DNA of 64,000 nt from a candidate division WOR-3 bacterium (GCA_039802605.1 JBDRWW010000003.1:1-64000), one strand, 5' to 3'; positions 20,815 to 34,456 are shown, counted from the first letter of the stretch. The notes: a model not told the origin generated them from the letters alone. Program-made: numbers and translations.

Positions 20815-21378
20815 ATGTCTTTGTTTGTGGTTGCTTTGATTGATGGAGGTTTTGATACCCTTGCAATAGTAAAATTGAAAACGGAAAACGCGGTTATAGT
20901 ATGTAAACCTGCGTACAATAAGGATAACATTTTAACCCCCTTTTCTCCAAGCTATGATTACATTGAGGTTGTTAAAGAGAAAACTCCCGAAGGCATAGTT
21001 TTACATCTCCACATACCTCATAGGTTGATAGGCCAGATAGATATAAAGGCATTTCGTAATTGGTATAACGGCGTGCTAAACTTTTTGCAAGAAATAGCGG
21101 ATAATCCCCAACCCCTTTGTCAATACGGGCCTCAGCGTTGCGAAATTCAAAGCGACATTCAAGATCACGATCCAAGTATCAGCACTCAAAGTTTTTCGGT
21201 TCCATCCTCAAAAGACATAAATCAGCCTATTGCATATTTTGGGCAATATACCGTTTATGATATAAACGGTCGTAAGGTATTTGAAGGTAAGTTAAGCGGG
21301 AAATTACCTCCTTTAAAGAAGGGTGTTTATTTCTTTAAGGGTGAAGACGGGAAGGTTGTAAAGGTTGTCGTTAGGTAA
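20815..21378 (+). CDS. Small exported protein with T9SS type-A-like C-terminal domain
   Basis: AAGGAGG SD; C-terminus VYDINGRKV...LKKGVYFFK...KVVVR. Confidence 0.7.
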   Translation: MSLFVVALIDGGFDTLAIVKLKTENAVIVCKPAYNKDNILTPFSPSYDYIEVVKEKTPEGIVLHLHIPHRLIGQIDIKAFRNWYNGVLNFLQEIADNPQPLCQYGPQRCEIQSDIQDHDPSISTQSFSVPSSKDINQPIAYFGQYTVYDINGRKVFEGKLSGKLPPLKKGVYFFKGEDGKVVKVVVR

Positions 21379-21401
21379 TCAACCAAGCCCCCACCCCTCA
21401 C

Positions 21402-21481
21402 TTGACATTCACACCTAACTTAGGCATTATTGATTGCCCGGGTAGGGATTACTTGACAAACCCCTACCCAAAAGGCATAAT
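21402..21481 (+). promoter_or_regulatory. Tandem rRNA promoters
   Basis: TTGACA(21402)-17-CATTAT(21425) and TTGACA(21453)-17-CATAAT(21476). Confidence 0.75.
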
Positions 21482-21520
21482 TGAAAGGTTTGAATGATAG
21501 GCGAGAATAACGGGGTGGGG
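21452..21520 (+). repeat. 69-bp direct repeat, copy 2
   Basis: Matches 20666-20734 with 2 mismatches; offset 786 bp. Confidence 0.95.
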
Positions 21521-21529
21521 AAGTGAGGC

Positions 21530-24547
<3,018 letters not shown>

Positions 24548-24678
24548 CCTCACTTCCTCACCCCGATTTTATATTTCTCTTAAATTATTGTCGTTTTCGT
24601 CAAGGCTATTAATTGAAAAACTATTCACCCCATCCTCGTTAAAGGGTTAAAATTTTTCAACCTTATAATTCTCAAACC

Positions 24679-27615
24679 GTGGTTGACAGAATTTTTAAGT
24701 TTGTTATAGGAACTAGGAACCAGAGGGAAGTAAGGAAAAGGTGGAAAATTGTCCAAAAAATAAACGAAATTTACGAAAAGTTGAATTTGACACCCGAGGA
24801 TATCTTAAAGAGGACGGAATATTTTGAAGCCGCATTAAGGCAGGGGGCAAAACCCGAGGAATTATTACCCGAAGCCTTTGCGGTTGCAAAATATGCCACA
24901 AAATTACTCGTAGGTAAATCCTGGACGGTTACGGGCATCCCTTACACGTGGGATATGATATACTACGATGTGCAACTATTGGGTGGAATAGTATTGTTTG
25001 AGGGTAAAATTGCCGAAATGGCCACAGGTGAGGGTAAAACCTTAGTGGCGACCCTACCCCTATACCTTCACGGATTGATAGGTAGAATAAAGGGAACGGG
25101 TGTTCATATAGCCACCGTAAACGATTACCTTGCCAGAAGGGATAAGGAATGGATGGGTCCTTTATACGATATGTTGGGGTTATCCGTGGGCGTTATACAG
25201 TCCCTAATGCCTACGGAGGAAAGGAAAAAAGCCTATAACGCCGATATAACATACGGTACGGCCAACGAGTTCGGTTTTGACTATTTAAGGGATCATATGG
25301 TTTATTCAAGGGAAGAAAAGGTTCAAAGGGGGCATTATTATGCCATAGTTGATGAGGTTGATTCCGTCTTAATAGATGAGGCGAGGACACCTTTGATAAT
25401 ATCCGGTCCGGCTCAACACTCCAATGTTGAAAGGTTCAGAGAAATGAAGCCCATAGTTGAAAGCATGTATAAAGAGCAGCAAAAACTCATAGCGCGCTTT
25501 CTTGACGAGGCCGAAAGACTCCTCGGAGAGGGAAACATCAAGGAGGCTGCAAGGAGGTTATTACAGGTTAAGAGGGGAGCCCCCAAGAACCGTAGGCTTT
25601 TCAAGGTCTTGCAAGAGCCTGGTATTATGTCGGCCGTTGATAAAATGGAATCCGAGGGTTTAAAGGATAAGAAAATAAGGCTTTGGGATGCCGAACTCTA
25701 CTATGTTGTTGATGAGAAGTACCATTCCGTTGATATTACAGAAAAGGGCAGGGAATTTATACATAAGTTTTATCCAGACCTCTTTAAAATACCCGATATA
25801 GCCAGCGAAATACACCTTATAGATATGGATCCGAAAATACCCCCAAAGGAAAAGTTCGCCTTAAAGGAGAGGATATATCGGGAATTTCAAGACAAAACGG
25901 AAAAAATCCATGCAATCCAGCAGCTCATAAAAGCCTACACCCTATTTGAAAAAGAGGTGGATTATGTGGTTATGGACGGTAAGGTTATAATAGTTGATGA
26001 AAAGACCGGTAGGTTAATGCCCGGTAGGAGGTGGTCGGACGGACTTCACGAGGCGGTTGAGGCAAAGGAGGGGGTACCAATACAACAGGAAACCCAGACA
26101 TTCGCAACCATAACATTACAAAACTATTTCAGGATGTATGAGAAGCTTGCGGGTATGACGGGAACCGCTTCCACGGAGGCGCAGGAATTTTGGGAGATAT
26201 ACAAACTCGATGTTATAAGCATCCCAACAAACAAACCGGTTAGGAGGGTTGATAAACCCGACATAATATACAGGACGAAAAAGGATAAGTATCTGGCTAT
26301 GGTTAGGGAAATAGAGGTTTGGCATAAACTCGGGAGACCAATCCTTGTGGGTACAACATCCATAGAGGAATCGGAATTGTTGTCAAGGTATTTGAGGATG
26401 AGGAAAATACCCCACCAGGTTCTCAACGCCAAACACCACGAAAGGGAAGCCCAGATTGTGGCCCTTGCCGGGCAGAAGGGTGCGGTAACCATAGCCACAA
26501 ATATGGCCGGAAGGGGAACCGATATAAAACTCGGTCCGGGTGTCTTAGATCCATACGACCAAGAACTCGTTAAGAAGCTCGTGGAAGAAATGAAAGATGA
26601 CCCCATCCCCACATGGAAACAGATAGTTAAAAGGGGATATATACCCCCTTATGACGAAAACGATCCAACAACTTGGGAGTATTACGGGCTTTATGTTATG
26701 GGTGCCCAAAGGCACGATTCCCGTAGAATTGATAACCAGTTAAGGGGAAGATCCGGTAGGCAGGGTGATCCAGGTATGTCCAAGTTTTTCCTATCATTGG
26801 AGGATGACCTTATGAGGCTGTTCGGGGCCGATAAGGCCGTAGAAATGGCTGAAAAGTTTGGCCATAGGGAGAAATGGCCTCAGGAATCAAAGATGGTTAC
26901 AAAGGCCATAGAAAACGCCCAAAAGAGGGTTGAATACATGCACTTCCAAATGAGGAAAAGGCTCCTTGAATACGACGAGGTTTTAAACAGGCAGAGAAAG
27001 GTTATATACACCCTAAGGGATAGGATAATTGACGGTGAGGATATATCGGATGTGGTAAGGGAGTTTATAGAGGAGTTGGTGGATGAGGTGATTGATAAAT
27101 ATGCAAATTCACCAAACCCCGATTTCTGGGATAAGAAAAAGATTATAGAAAGGCTGAGTTTGATATTTTTGGGTGATTTTATGTTTGTTGAGGAGATAAG
27201 GGATAGAAAAGAACTTAGGGAAAAGTTGGTTGAACATATTTTAAGTATGTATTCCAGGCGGGAAGAAGAATTTGGAAGGGAGCAAATGAGGGAAATTGAG
27301 AGGATAGTTTTATTGACAACCCTTGACGAGCTATGGAAGGATCACCTTTACAAGTTAGACCATCTAAAAGAGGGCACCAATCTCCGCGCTTATGGACAAA
27401 AGGATCCGCTGGTAGAGTACAAGAAAGAGGCATTTGCCCTATTTGATGAAACCCTTACAAAGATAAGGGATATAACCCTTGAAAGGCTTTTCCGCGTGCA
27501 AGTGGTTCCGAGTATGCCCCGGATGTTTGTCCCAATACCGCAAAGGGCTACACCCGATTCCGAAACTTCTAATAAGGCAAAGTCCCGCAGAAGAGGGGTT
27601 ATATTGGAGGATTAA
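24679..27615 (+). CDS. secA: Preprotein translocase ATPase SecA
   Basis: EMATGEGKT, VNDYLARRD, VDEVDSVLIDEARTPLIISG, NMAGRGTDI, QLRGRSGRQGDPG. Confidence 0.98.
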   Translation: MVDRIFKFVIGTRNQREVRKRWKIVQKINEIYEKLNLTPEDILKRTEYFEAALRQGAKPEELLPEAFAVAKYATKLLVGKSWTVTGIPYTWDMIYYDVQLLGGIVLFEGKIAEMATGEGKTLVATLPLYLHGLIGRIKGTGVHIATVNDYLARRDKEWMGPLYDMLGLSVGVIQSLMPTEERKKAYNADITYGTANEFGFDYLRDHMVYSREEKVQRGHYYAIVDEVDSVLIDEARTPLIISGPAQHSNVERFREMKPIVESMYKEQQKLIARFLDEAERLLGEGNIKEAARRLLQVKRGAPKNRRLFKVLQEPGIMSAVDKMESEGLKDKKIRLWDAELYYVVDEKYHSVDITEKGREFIHKFYPDLFKIPDIASEIHLIDMDPKIPPKEKFALKERIYREFQDKTEKIHAIQQLIKAYTLFEKEVDYVVMDGKVIIVDEKTGRLMPGRRWSDGLHEAVEAKEGVPIQQETQTFATITLQNYFRMYEKLAGMTGTASTEAQEFWEIYKLDVISIPTNKPVRRVDKPDIIYRTKKDKYLAMVREIEVWHKLGRPILVGTTSIEESELLSRYLRMRKIPHQVLNAKHHEREAQIVALAGQKGAVTIATNMAGRGTDIKLGPGVLDPYDQELVKKLVEEMKDDPIPTWKQIVKRGYIPPYDENDPTTWEYYGLYVMGAQRHDSRRIDNQLRGRSGRQGDPGMSKFFLSLEDDLMRLFGADKAVEMAEKFGHREKWPQESKMVTKAIENAQKRVEYMHFQMRKRLLEYDEVLNRQRKVIYTLRDRIIDGEDISDVVREFIEELVDEVIDKYANSPNPDFWDKKKIIERLSLIFLGDFMFVEEIRDRKELREKLVEHILSMYSRREEEFGREQMREIERIVLLTTLDELWKDHLYKLDHLKEGTNLRAYGQKDPLVEYKKEAFALFDETLTKIRDITLERLFRVQVVPSMPRMFVPIPQRATPDSETSNKAKSRRRGVILED

Positions 27616-27617
27616 CC

Positions 27618-28721
27618 TTGAAAGGACCCATAGTTATAACGGGTGGTATGGGTTTTTTGGGTAGTTGGGTTGTGGATGAGGCTGTAAAGAGGAACTACAA
27701 GGTAATCTTAATAGACGCCCTAACCTACGCGGCAAATCCCGAATACCTCAAACACCACAAAATGAGGATAATACAACCCGAAACGAAAACGGTTTGGGGG
27801 AAAATCGCCTTAAGAAACGGCCATATACAGGTTTTAAACAGGATTAGGAATTTTGAGTTTGAATTGGTTAGAAACATTCCCGCAGAAATAGAAAACTTCT
27901 TAAATTCCGACCTTGATGTTTTGGCAATAATAGATTCCGTAGAGGATTACGAATTAATGATGGAAGTCCTCCGATTTTCCCCCTATGTTATACACTTAGC
28001 GGCCGAAACCCATGTGGATAAATCCATTCAAGACGCTTGGGATTTTGTTAGGTCTGAAATCTTGGGATTTTACAGTATAATAGACGCTTTTCGTAGGGTT
28101 TGGGGAACTAATGGTTTATTCCTTTTGGTTTCAACCGATGAGGTTCTCGGGGAGATATTAACGGGTGAGGCCGATGAAAACGCCCCTTTAAAACCCAGAA
28201 ATCCATATGCCGCCGCAAAATCCTCACAAGAACATTTCGCCCAGAGCTATATAAACACATACGGAACCCCTATAATTATCGTTAGACCTACAAATGCTTA
28301 CGGGCCAAGGCAACACGATGAAAAGTTTATACCAACCATTATACGGAACGCGATAAATAACACGCCAATACCGGTATACGGTGATGGAAGGCAAAGGAGG
28401 GTTTGGATATACGCCGAGGATGTTGCAAGGGGAATAATGGATGTTTTTGAAAAGGGGGAAAAGTTTGAAATTTACCATATAGGCAGTGAAGACGAGTTGG
28501 AAAACCTGGAACTCGTTAAAATAATCTTAAAAATGATGGGGAAGCCCGAAGGTCTTATATCATTTGTCAAAGATAGACCGGGGCACGATAGGAGGTATAA
28601 GCTTTCTTATAAAAAAATTCTGCAACTCGGATGGAAGCCCACAACCCCCTTGGGAGAGGGTTTAAGAATAACCATAGAATATTACCTTAAAAAGTATGCA
28701 CCTGACAGATCTACTGTTTGA
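27618..28721 (+). CDS. rfbB: dTDP-glucose 4,6-dehydratase-like (with insertion)
   Basis: TGGMGFLG, DALTYAAN, HLAAETHVD, STDEV, PYAAAK, DRPGHDRRY. Confidence 0.85.
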   Translation: MKGPIVITGGMGFLGSWVVDEAVKRNYKVILIDALTYAANPEYLKHHKMRIIQPETKTVWGKIALRNGHIQVLNRIRNFEFELVRNIPAEIENFLNSDLDVLAIIDSVEDYELMMEVLRFSPYVIHLAAETHVDKSIQDAWDFVRSEILGFYSIIDAFRRVWGTNGLFLLVSTDEVLGEILTGEADENAPLKPRNPYAAAKSSQEHFAQSYINTYGTPIIIVRPTNAYGPRQHDEKFIPTIIRNAINNTPIPVYGDGRQRRVWIYAEDVARGIMDVFEKGEKFEIYHIGSEDELENLELVKIILKMMGKPEGLISFVKDRPGHDRRYKLSYKKILQLGWKPTTPLGEGLRITIEYYLKKYAPDRSTV

Positions 28722-29760
28722 GGATAATCCTTGGTGGCTTAATCGTTTTGAGGGTAAGGGTTGGTTTCCCGAAATAAAGGGTAAAGGGATATTAAAAATT
28801 TGGATACCCCCGGGTAGGGTTGATAGGGATGGGATAATGTGGTTTTGTCAAAAATGGGCGGATTTATATGGGAAATTTTCCGTACTCTTCTTTGACTTGG
28901 GTAGATTTGAGGTTCTACCCGATATGCTATACGATGCCTTAAACTTCTACTATACCCGTATGTCTTTTATATCGGAAAAGAGGCTAATAGTGATAAATTC
29001 TGCCCATATACTAAACGAGTATAAGGGAATTGAAGAATTCGCCGATGATGAAACCACAATCCTGTTGATATACCCAATATTTGTAGAGGATGCAAACATA
29101 AGGGTTTTGAGGTTTAAAAGGGATGTTTTTAAGGATTTGGAAAAAAGGTTTTGGGAGGGGGATTTTGAAGGGTTTTTAAGGGGTATAAATGATAGGGATA
29201 TTTCAAAAAGGTTGGAAATGGTCTTTTGGAGGGATGTGATGGGTTTTCCAAATCTTAACTCACATACGGAAAGCATTTATAAGGCCTTGCATATAATCAA
29301 CGAGTTTTACGATATTAGGGAAAAGGGGTTTTTGAGGAAATTCTTAAACTTTGTAGTGGAAAACCACGGGCAACCCTTTGTTTATAGGGATTTGGCGGAT
29401 AGTTTGGATGTTAGGTTTGAAACCATAAAGTCCTTTATGGATTACTTTTTCTCCGTAGGTTTATCCTTTGAAGTATCCGAAATAGGGTCATCCCCAAGGG
29501 CACATCGCAGGATTTTCCTATCTTCCGGGAGGTTTTATAACGCATTAACCCATAGGGATTTTAAATCCCTTTTTGCCTTGGGTGGCGATGAACTACTTTT
29601 AAAATACTCATTCCCCGAACTTTTCTTGGCGGCGAATGAAAGGGGTTTTCAGGTTAGCCTCAAAGACGAAAGCGGGAAGTCGTTTGTGATAACGGGGAAT
29701 AACAAGACTTTTGCGATAAACCTATCCGATTTCCCCTATTACTTTGTATCTGCCGTTTGA
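28696..29760 (+). CDS. Degenerate AAA_14/DUF4143-like protein
   Basis: N-terminal NPWW, wHTH-like YRDLADSLDV..ETIKSF, RRIFLSSG..NAL; Walker motifs eroded. Confidence 0.55.
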   Translation: MHLTDLLFEDNPWWLNRFEGKGWFPEIKGKGILKIWIPPGRVDRDGIMWFCQKWADLYGKFSVLFFDLGRFEVLPDMLYDALNFYYTRMSFISEKRLIVINSAHILNEYKGIEEFADDETTILLIYPIFVEDANIRVLRFKRDVFKDLEKRFWEGDFEGFLRGINDRDISKRLEMVFWRDVMGFPNLNSHTESIYKALHIINEFYDIREKGFLRKFLNFVVENHGQPFVYRDLADSLDVRFETIKSFMDYFFSVGLSFEVSEIGSSPRAHRRIFLSSGRFYNALTHRDFKSLFALGGDELLLKYSFPELFLAANERGFQVSLKDESGKSFVITGNNKTFAINLSDFPYYFVSAV

Positions 29761-30885
29761 TCACTGGTTTACCCAGAGTTTATAAATCGCAAAGGTTATA
29801 GCCGTATAAAAGGCGTTTGCCCACCACATACCCACCTCGGGTGGAATTATACCCCTCTTACCCAAATCCTCCCCGCTTATAAGGAATATATAATAAATTA
29901 CGAATACGAAAAAGGATACCCCAAAGGCGGGGCCATATCCCCCCCTCTTTAAAACAAAACCTATATACATGGCCAAGAAAACGAATATAATCGCCGCAAA
30001 GGGCATAGAAAACTTTTTATGAACCTCCACCTTTAAGGTGTTTATCCTCCTCTTTAAACCCACATCCTCCTTACCGCTTTTTGTAAATTGATCGGTTAAT
30101 TGCCTTATCTCCGTTAAAAGCATTTTTATATTCTTTTCCCTATCAGACCTCCACTCCCTTTGTTTCCTTATGAGTTCGTCGTTTAATGGGATTTGAAGCC
30201 TGTATTCGGAAAAATTCACCCTTTTGTATATTTTTTCCCTGTCATCGTAATCGTGAAGGTATCCCTTGTTTAATATAAAATTGAGGTTTCTTTCGGCATC
30301 TATAAACATTATTCCATCACTTGCCACTATGGTTTGCATATTTCCACCTTCCAATTGCTGTATAACCACATCCGATATTTCCCCAGTTTTATCATCCTTT
30401 TTACCCACATATATCCAAAAGTTTCCTATCTGCGAAAATGTCCCCGGTTTTATTTGGGCGGTTGGCCTCTTTTCAAGTATATCCAATAGTAAGTTTTTCA
30501 ACCTATAATTACTCTCGGGAACTACCCTATCGTTGAACCAAAACATAAACGCCGTTAAAAGCCCAACCACTATGGAGACCGGAAGTGCTATACGATTAAG
30601 ACTTATACCCGAAGATTGTAATGCCATTATTTCCAAATCCTGCGCCATCCTGCCAAAGGCCACAAGACAGCCAACAAAAACCGACATGGGGATGGTCATT
30701 GATAGGATAAAGGGTAGGGAATACAACATAACCTGCGATACGATATCAAGGGGCAGACCCTTTTTTATTATAAGGTCCATTAGGTCAAAAACCCTATCTA
30801 AAAGCAATATCATAGTTGTAACGAGTAAAGCCCCAAAAAAGGGCTTTATTGTATTTTTTACGGTATAAATATCAAGCCTTTTCAA
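29761..30885 (-). CDS. lptF: LptF/LptG-family LPS export permease
   Basis: RLD.Y..K, LPFILSMTIP, GRMAQDLEI.A..SSGIS, E.HKKFS.PFA. Confidence 0.85.
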   Translation of the reverse strand: MKRLDIYTVKNTIKPFFGALLVTTMILLLDRVFDLMDLIIKKGLPLDIVSQVMLYSLPFILSMTIPMSVFVGCLVAFGRMAQDLEIMALQSSGISLNRIALPVSIVVGLLTAFMFWFNDRVVPESNYRLKNLLLDILEKRPTAQIKPGTFSQIGNFWIYVGKKDDKTGEISDVVIQQLEGGNMQTIVASDGIMFIDAERNLNFILNKGYLHDYDDREKIYKRVNFSEYRLQIPLNDELIRKQREWRSDREKNIKMLLTEIRQLTDQFTKSGKEDVGLKRRINTLKVEVHKKFSMPFAAIIFVFLAMYIGFVLKRGGYGPAFGVSFFVFVIYYIFLISGEDLGKRGIIPPEVGMWWANAFYTAITFAIYKLWVNQ

Positions 30886-30936
30886 GTGGGGGATTTTATC
30901 GCTGTTTAATTTGTGGCGACCTTAGAATATCCATCC

Positions 30937-33033
30937 GTGAAAAACCTTTTAATTGAACTGGGTTGTGAGGAAATCCCCGCTTTTGTTCAAGAGGGTGCCG
31001 CGGAATTCCTTCACAACTTTTTGGTTCAAAGGTTAAAGGAATTGAACTTTAAGGTAGAGGGGGGTAAGTATTTTGCAACTCCGAGGCGTCTGGCGGCCCT
31101 AATAAAGGTTTCCCCTTACAGCGAAGAGGTTTTAATAGAAAAAAAGGGGCCCCCTTTAAAAGTTGCTTATGACGATAAAGGGAATCCCACAAAGGCATTA
31201 TTGTCCTTTCTAAAAGGGATCGGTGCGAATTTGGAAGATGTTTATACTATAAGGGAAGGGGATAAGGAGTATGTGGGGGTTAAGGTAAAAGGGGGTGGGG
31301 AGTTCATAGGAGATGTTATAGGAAACCTGATTTTGGAATACATTGGTTCCGTGCCTTTGCCTAAAAGGATGAGGTGGGATAATTCGGGTATAACATTTAT
31401 AAGACCTATAAGGTGGATTTTGTGCATCCTTGAAGATGAGGTTTTAAATTTTCGTTTGGGGAATATCTCTTCATCAAACATTACCTACCTTTCAAGGGTT
31501 CCGGAAAATAGAAGTGTAGTAATTGATAAGGCGGAATATTATGAGAGAATATTGGAGGAGAACGACATTATTCCGGATTTCCAAAAGAGGAAGAAAAGGA
31601 TAAAGGAAGAAATTGAAAAATTTTTCCCGATAATTGAAGGGGATTTTGAGAGGTACAATGTTGATGTTGAAAACCTGATTTATGAAATTACCGGGCTTGT
31701 TGAAAAGGGATTTGCGATTTATGGAAAATTTGATGAAAGCTTTTTAAAAAACCTATACCCGGATGTTATAACGGTTGCTATGGTATCCCATCAGAGGTAT
31801 GTTCCCCATATTGAAAACGGAAGATTGCATGCGGGTTTTGTGGCATTTTCAAACAATCCAAAAAACTTATCCGGACAGGTTAAGGGTTTTGAAAATGTAT
31901 TGAAGGCGAGATTAAACGATGCCTTGTTTTATAAGAACGAGGATTTGAAGAGGCCTTTGGATTGGTATGTTGGGAATTTAAGGAATATTCTGTGGTTGAA
32001 GGGTGTTGGGACGCTTTACGATAAAACGCAAAAGGTTTTGGAAGTTGTTAAAAACCTCCCGGATGTTGGAATTAACGAAAACCTTATATTTGTTGCGAAG
32101 CATTACCTTTTTGACACCGCAACATCAATGATAGCAGACGGGAAGGAATTTACAAAACTTGAAGGGAAAATAGGCTATTATTATGTCAAGGATATAACCG
32201 GAAATGAGAACTTGGCAAGGGCCATATACGATTCCCATCTCCCAAAAGGTAACGAGTTTCCAAAAACCTATGAAGGGCATATAGTTGCCTTAGCGGATAA
32301 CATCGTGCAAATAAGGGGATTGTTGGATATGGGTTATAAGTGGACATCTTCAAGGGATCCCCTTGGCATAAGGATGAGCGCTAGAAAACTCATCGCCTTA
32401 TTACTTTACGATAACAACGGTATAACCCTTGGGAGAAAACCCTTAAAGGGATTCTTAAAGTTCTTTGACAAACATTCGGATGCGGTGGTTTCCTTAATAG
32501 AAGAACTCCTACCAACATCCGTGGAATACCTACAAAGGATTTTTAATTATCCATACTATCCCATTAAGGGGAAATTTACCCAATTAACCTTTAAGGGTGA
32601 AAACCTATTCCTTGAATGCGTAAAGGCGAAGGTTTTGGAGGTTATACTCCTGGGGGGGGATGCCGAAAGGTTTATAACGATTACCAAAAGGGTAAAGAAT
32701 ATCCTTGAAGCAAAACCTACAAAGTTTTTAAAGGATGAGGGTGGATATGAAAGGTATGAAGAGGCCTTAAAGGATTACCTCTCGCAATTGGAAATTAGCC
32801 TATCCAAGGCTTTAAAATGGGAAAACCTTGATAACGAAGGGGTTTTTTCGCTTTGGAATGAATATATGGGAAATTTGATGGGTTTATACGATATTCTTGA
32901 CGAATTCTTTTCAAATGTTCCGGTAATGGTGGAGGATGAGGGAAAGAGAAATTACAGGCTAAACCTTTTAAAGAAGGCATACGGTTTAATAGGGGAAGTC
33001 CTAAGGTTTGACAGAGTGGAGGGGTTTATATAA
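30937..33033 (+). CDS. glyS: Glycine-tRNA ligase beta subunit
   Basis: LLIELGCEEIP, ATPRRLA, PKRMRW, FIRPIRW, HQRY, ARL.DA.F, SRDPLGIR; GTG start 30937. Confidence 0.92.
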   Translation: MKNLLIELGCEEIPAFVQEGAAEFLHNFLVQRLKELNFKVEGGKYFATPRRLAALIKVSPYSEEVLIEKKGPPLKVAYDDKGNPTKALLSFLKGIGANLEDVYTIREGDKEYVGVKVKGGGEFIGDVIGNLILEYIGSVPLPKRMRWDNSGITFIRPIRWILCILEDEVLNFRLGNISSSNITYLSRVPENRSVVIDKAEYYERILEENDIIPDFQKRKKRIKEEIEKFFPIIEGDFERYNVDVENLIYEITGLVEKGFAIYGKFDESFLKNLYPDVITVAMVSHQRYVPHIENGRLHAGFVAFSNNPKNLSGQVKGFENVLKARLNDALFYKNEDLKRPLDWYVGNLRNILWLKGVGTLYDKTQKVLEVVKNLPDVGINENLIFVAKHYLFDTATSMIADGKEFTKLEGKIGYYYVKDITGNENLARAIYDSHLPKGNEFPKTYEGHIVALADNIVQIRGLLDMGYKWTSSRDPLGIRMSARKLIALLLYDNNGITLGRKPLKGFLKFFDKHSDAVVSLIEELLPTSVEYLQRIFNYPYYPIKGKFTQLTFKGENLFLECVKAKVLEVILLGGDAERFITITKRVKNILEAKPTKFLKDEGGYERYEEALKDYLSQLEISLSKALKWENLDNEGVFSLWNEYMGNLMGLYDILDEFFSNVPVMVEDEGKRNYRLNLLKKAYGLIGEVLRFDRVEGFI

Positions 33034-34450
33034 TTCCCGATTTATCCCTTATAAACCTTTCCGCCATATCCCACTCCTCATATAAAGACAGATTTTTCCT
33101 ATATTGTGGGAGATATTCTTCAAATTCCTCCATTATCTTTTCCCGCTTTCCCGAAACTTTCAAGGCCTTGTAAGAACATAGGAATTCCGCCGATACAAAC
33201 TTTAACATAATATCCGAAAGCTTTAATAGCCTTAAAGTTGCTCCAAAACTCATGGGAACCCAATCTTCCTGATCGTTCCCCGTGGGAATGGATTGGTAAG
33301 AATAAGGCGTTGATAAAACCTTACACTCCGCAAAAAGCGATGCCAACGCCGTTTGCAGCATCATTAAACCCGATTCCTTCCCCGGATTTTCGGAAAGCAT
33401 TAAGGGTAAGCCGGATTTTTCACTTAGCATAAAGAAAACCCTCCTCTCAATCGCCCCCATATACGCCGTTAAAGCCGAAGATAACATATCGGATGCGAAG
33501 GAGATGCTTTGCCCGTGAAAGTTTCCCGTTGAATATATATCCCCATTAACAAAAACGGGATTATCCGAACATCCCTTATAAAGCTCCGAAAACAAACCCT
33601 CGGCGGATTTTATAGCCCTCAAAAGTGGAGAGGCTATTTGTGGAAAACACCTAAAAGAATATGGGTCTTGAACCCTTTCACCGTCTCCTTCGTCTTCTAT
33701 TAAATTCCAAACCTTTTGGGAAACCTCTTTTGCATATTTATCACCCATAATTCCAACCGCATCCGGGTTTAACGGGGATTTTCTGCCCTTTATGGACTTC
33801 CAACTTAAAACAAATACCTCTATGGAAATGTTAAAGGTTTTTTCAATCTTGTACAAAGCCAAGCCCAGGTTTGATAATGAGAAGGAGTACCCGTTTATCA
33901 AAGCCAAGGCCTCACGAGGTTCAAACTCCAAGGGTTCAAGTTTATACATCCTATGGGCTACTATTGAAGGAACCCTATTACCGTTTTTTAAATAAACCCA
34001 CCCTTCACCCATTAGGGTAAGGGCAATATGGGAAAGTGGCGATAAATCCCCGCTTGCACCAACGGAACCAAATTCATAAACCTCTGGTGTTATACCCATG
34101 TTTAAAAATTCCGCCAACCTTTTAACCACAACCGGCCTAACGCCGGAACTCCCGTTGAGTAAATGCCTTAGTCTAACATACATCCCGGCCCTAACAATTG
34201 GTATCGGTAGGGGTTTCCCCGTTGAAACGGCATGACTCCTAACGGTTAAAACCTGAAACTCCCTTAAATCCCTTTCCGATAACCTTATATTCGCAAGGGG
34301 TCCTAAACCCGTGTTATACCCATAAACGGTTTTATCATTTGCGGCATTGTAAAAGGATTTATTCCTCTCCTCAAGAGCGCGGATTTCATCCTCATCTATT
34401 TCCACCGTTTTCCCTTTGGAAATTTCCCACAATTCCTTTATATACGGCAT
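33026..34450 (-). CDS. hutH: Histidine ammonia-lyase family
   Basis: VYG.NTG.G, GSVGASGDL (MIO), QDPYSFRC.PQ, DNP, GNFHG, QED.V.M. Confidence 0.85.
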   Translation of the reverse strand: MPYIKELWEISKGKTVEIDEDEIRALEERNKSFYNAANDKTVYGYNTGLGPLANIRLSERDLREFQVLTVRSHAVSTGKPLPIPIVRAGMYVRLRHLLNGSSGVRPVVVKRLAEFLNMGITPEVYEFGSVGASGDLSPLSHIALTLMGEGWVYLKNGNRVPSIVAHRMYKLEPLEFEPREALALINGYSFSLSNLGLALYKIEKTFNISIEVFVLSWKSIKGRKSPLNPDAVGIMGDKYAKEVSQKVWNLIEDEGDGERVQDPYSFRCFPQIASPLLRAIKSAEGLFSELYKGCSDNPVFVNGDIYSTGNFHGQSISFASDMLSSALTAYMGAIERRVFFMLSEKSGLPLMLSENPGKESGLMMLQTALASLFAECKVLSTPYSYQSIPTGNDQEDWVPMSFGATLRLLKLSDIMLKFVSAEFLCSYKALKVSGKREKIMEEFEEYLPQYRKNLSLYEEWDMAERFIRDKSGII

Positions 34451-34456
34451 AAACGG

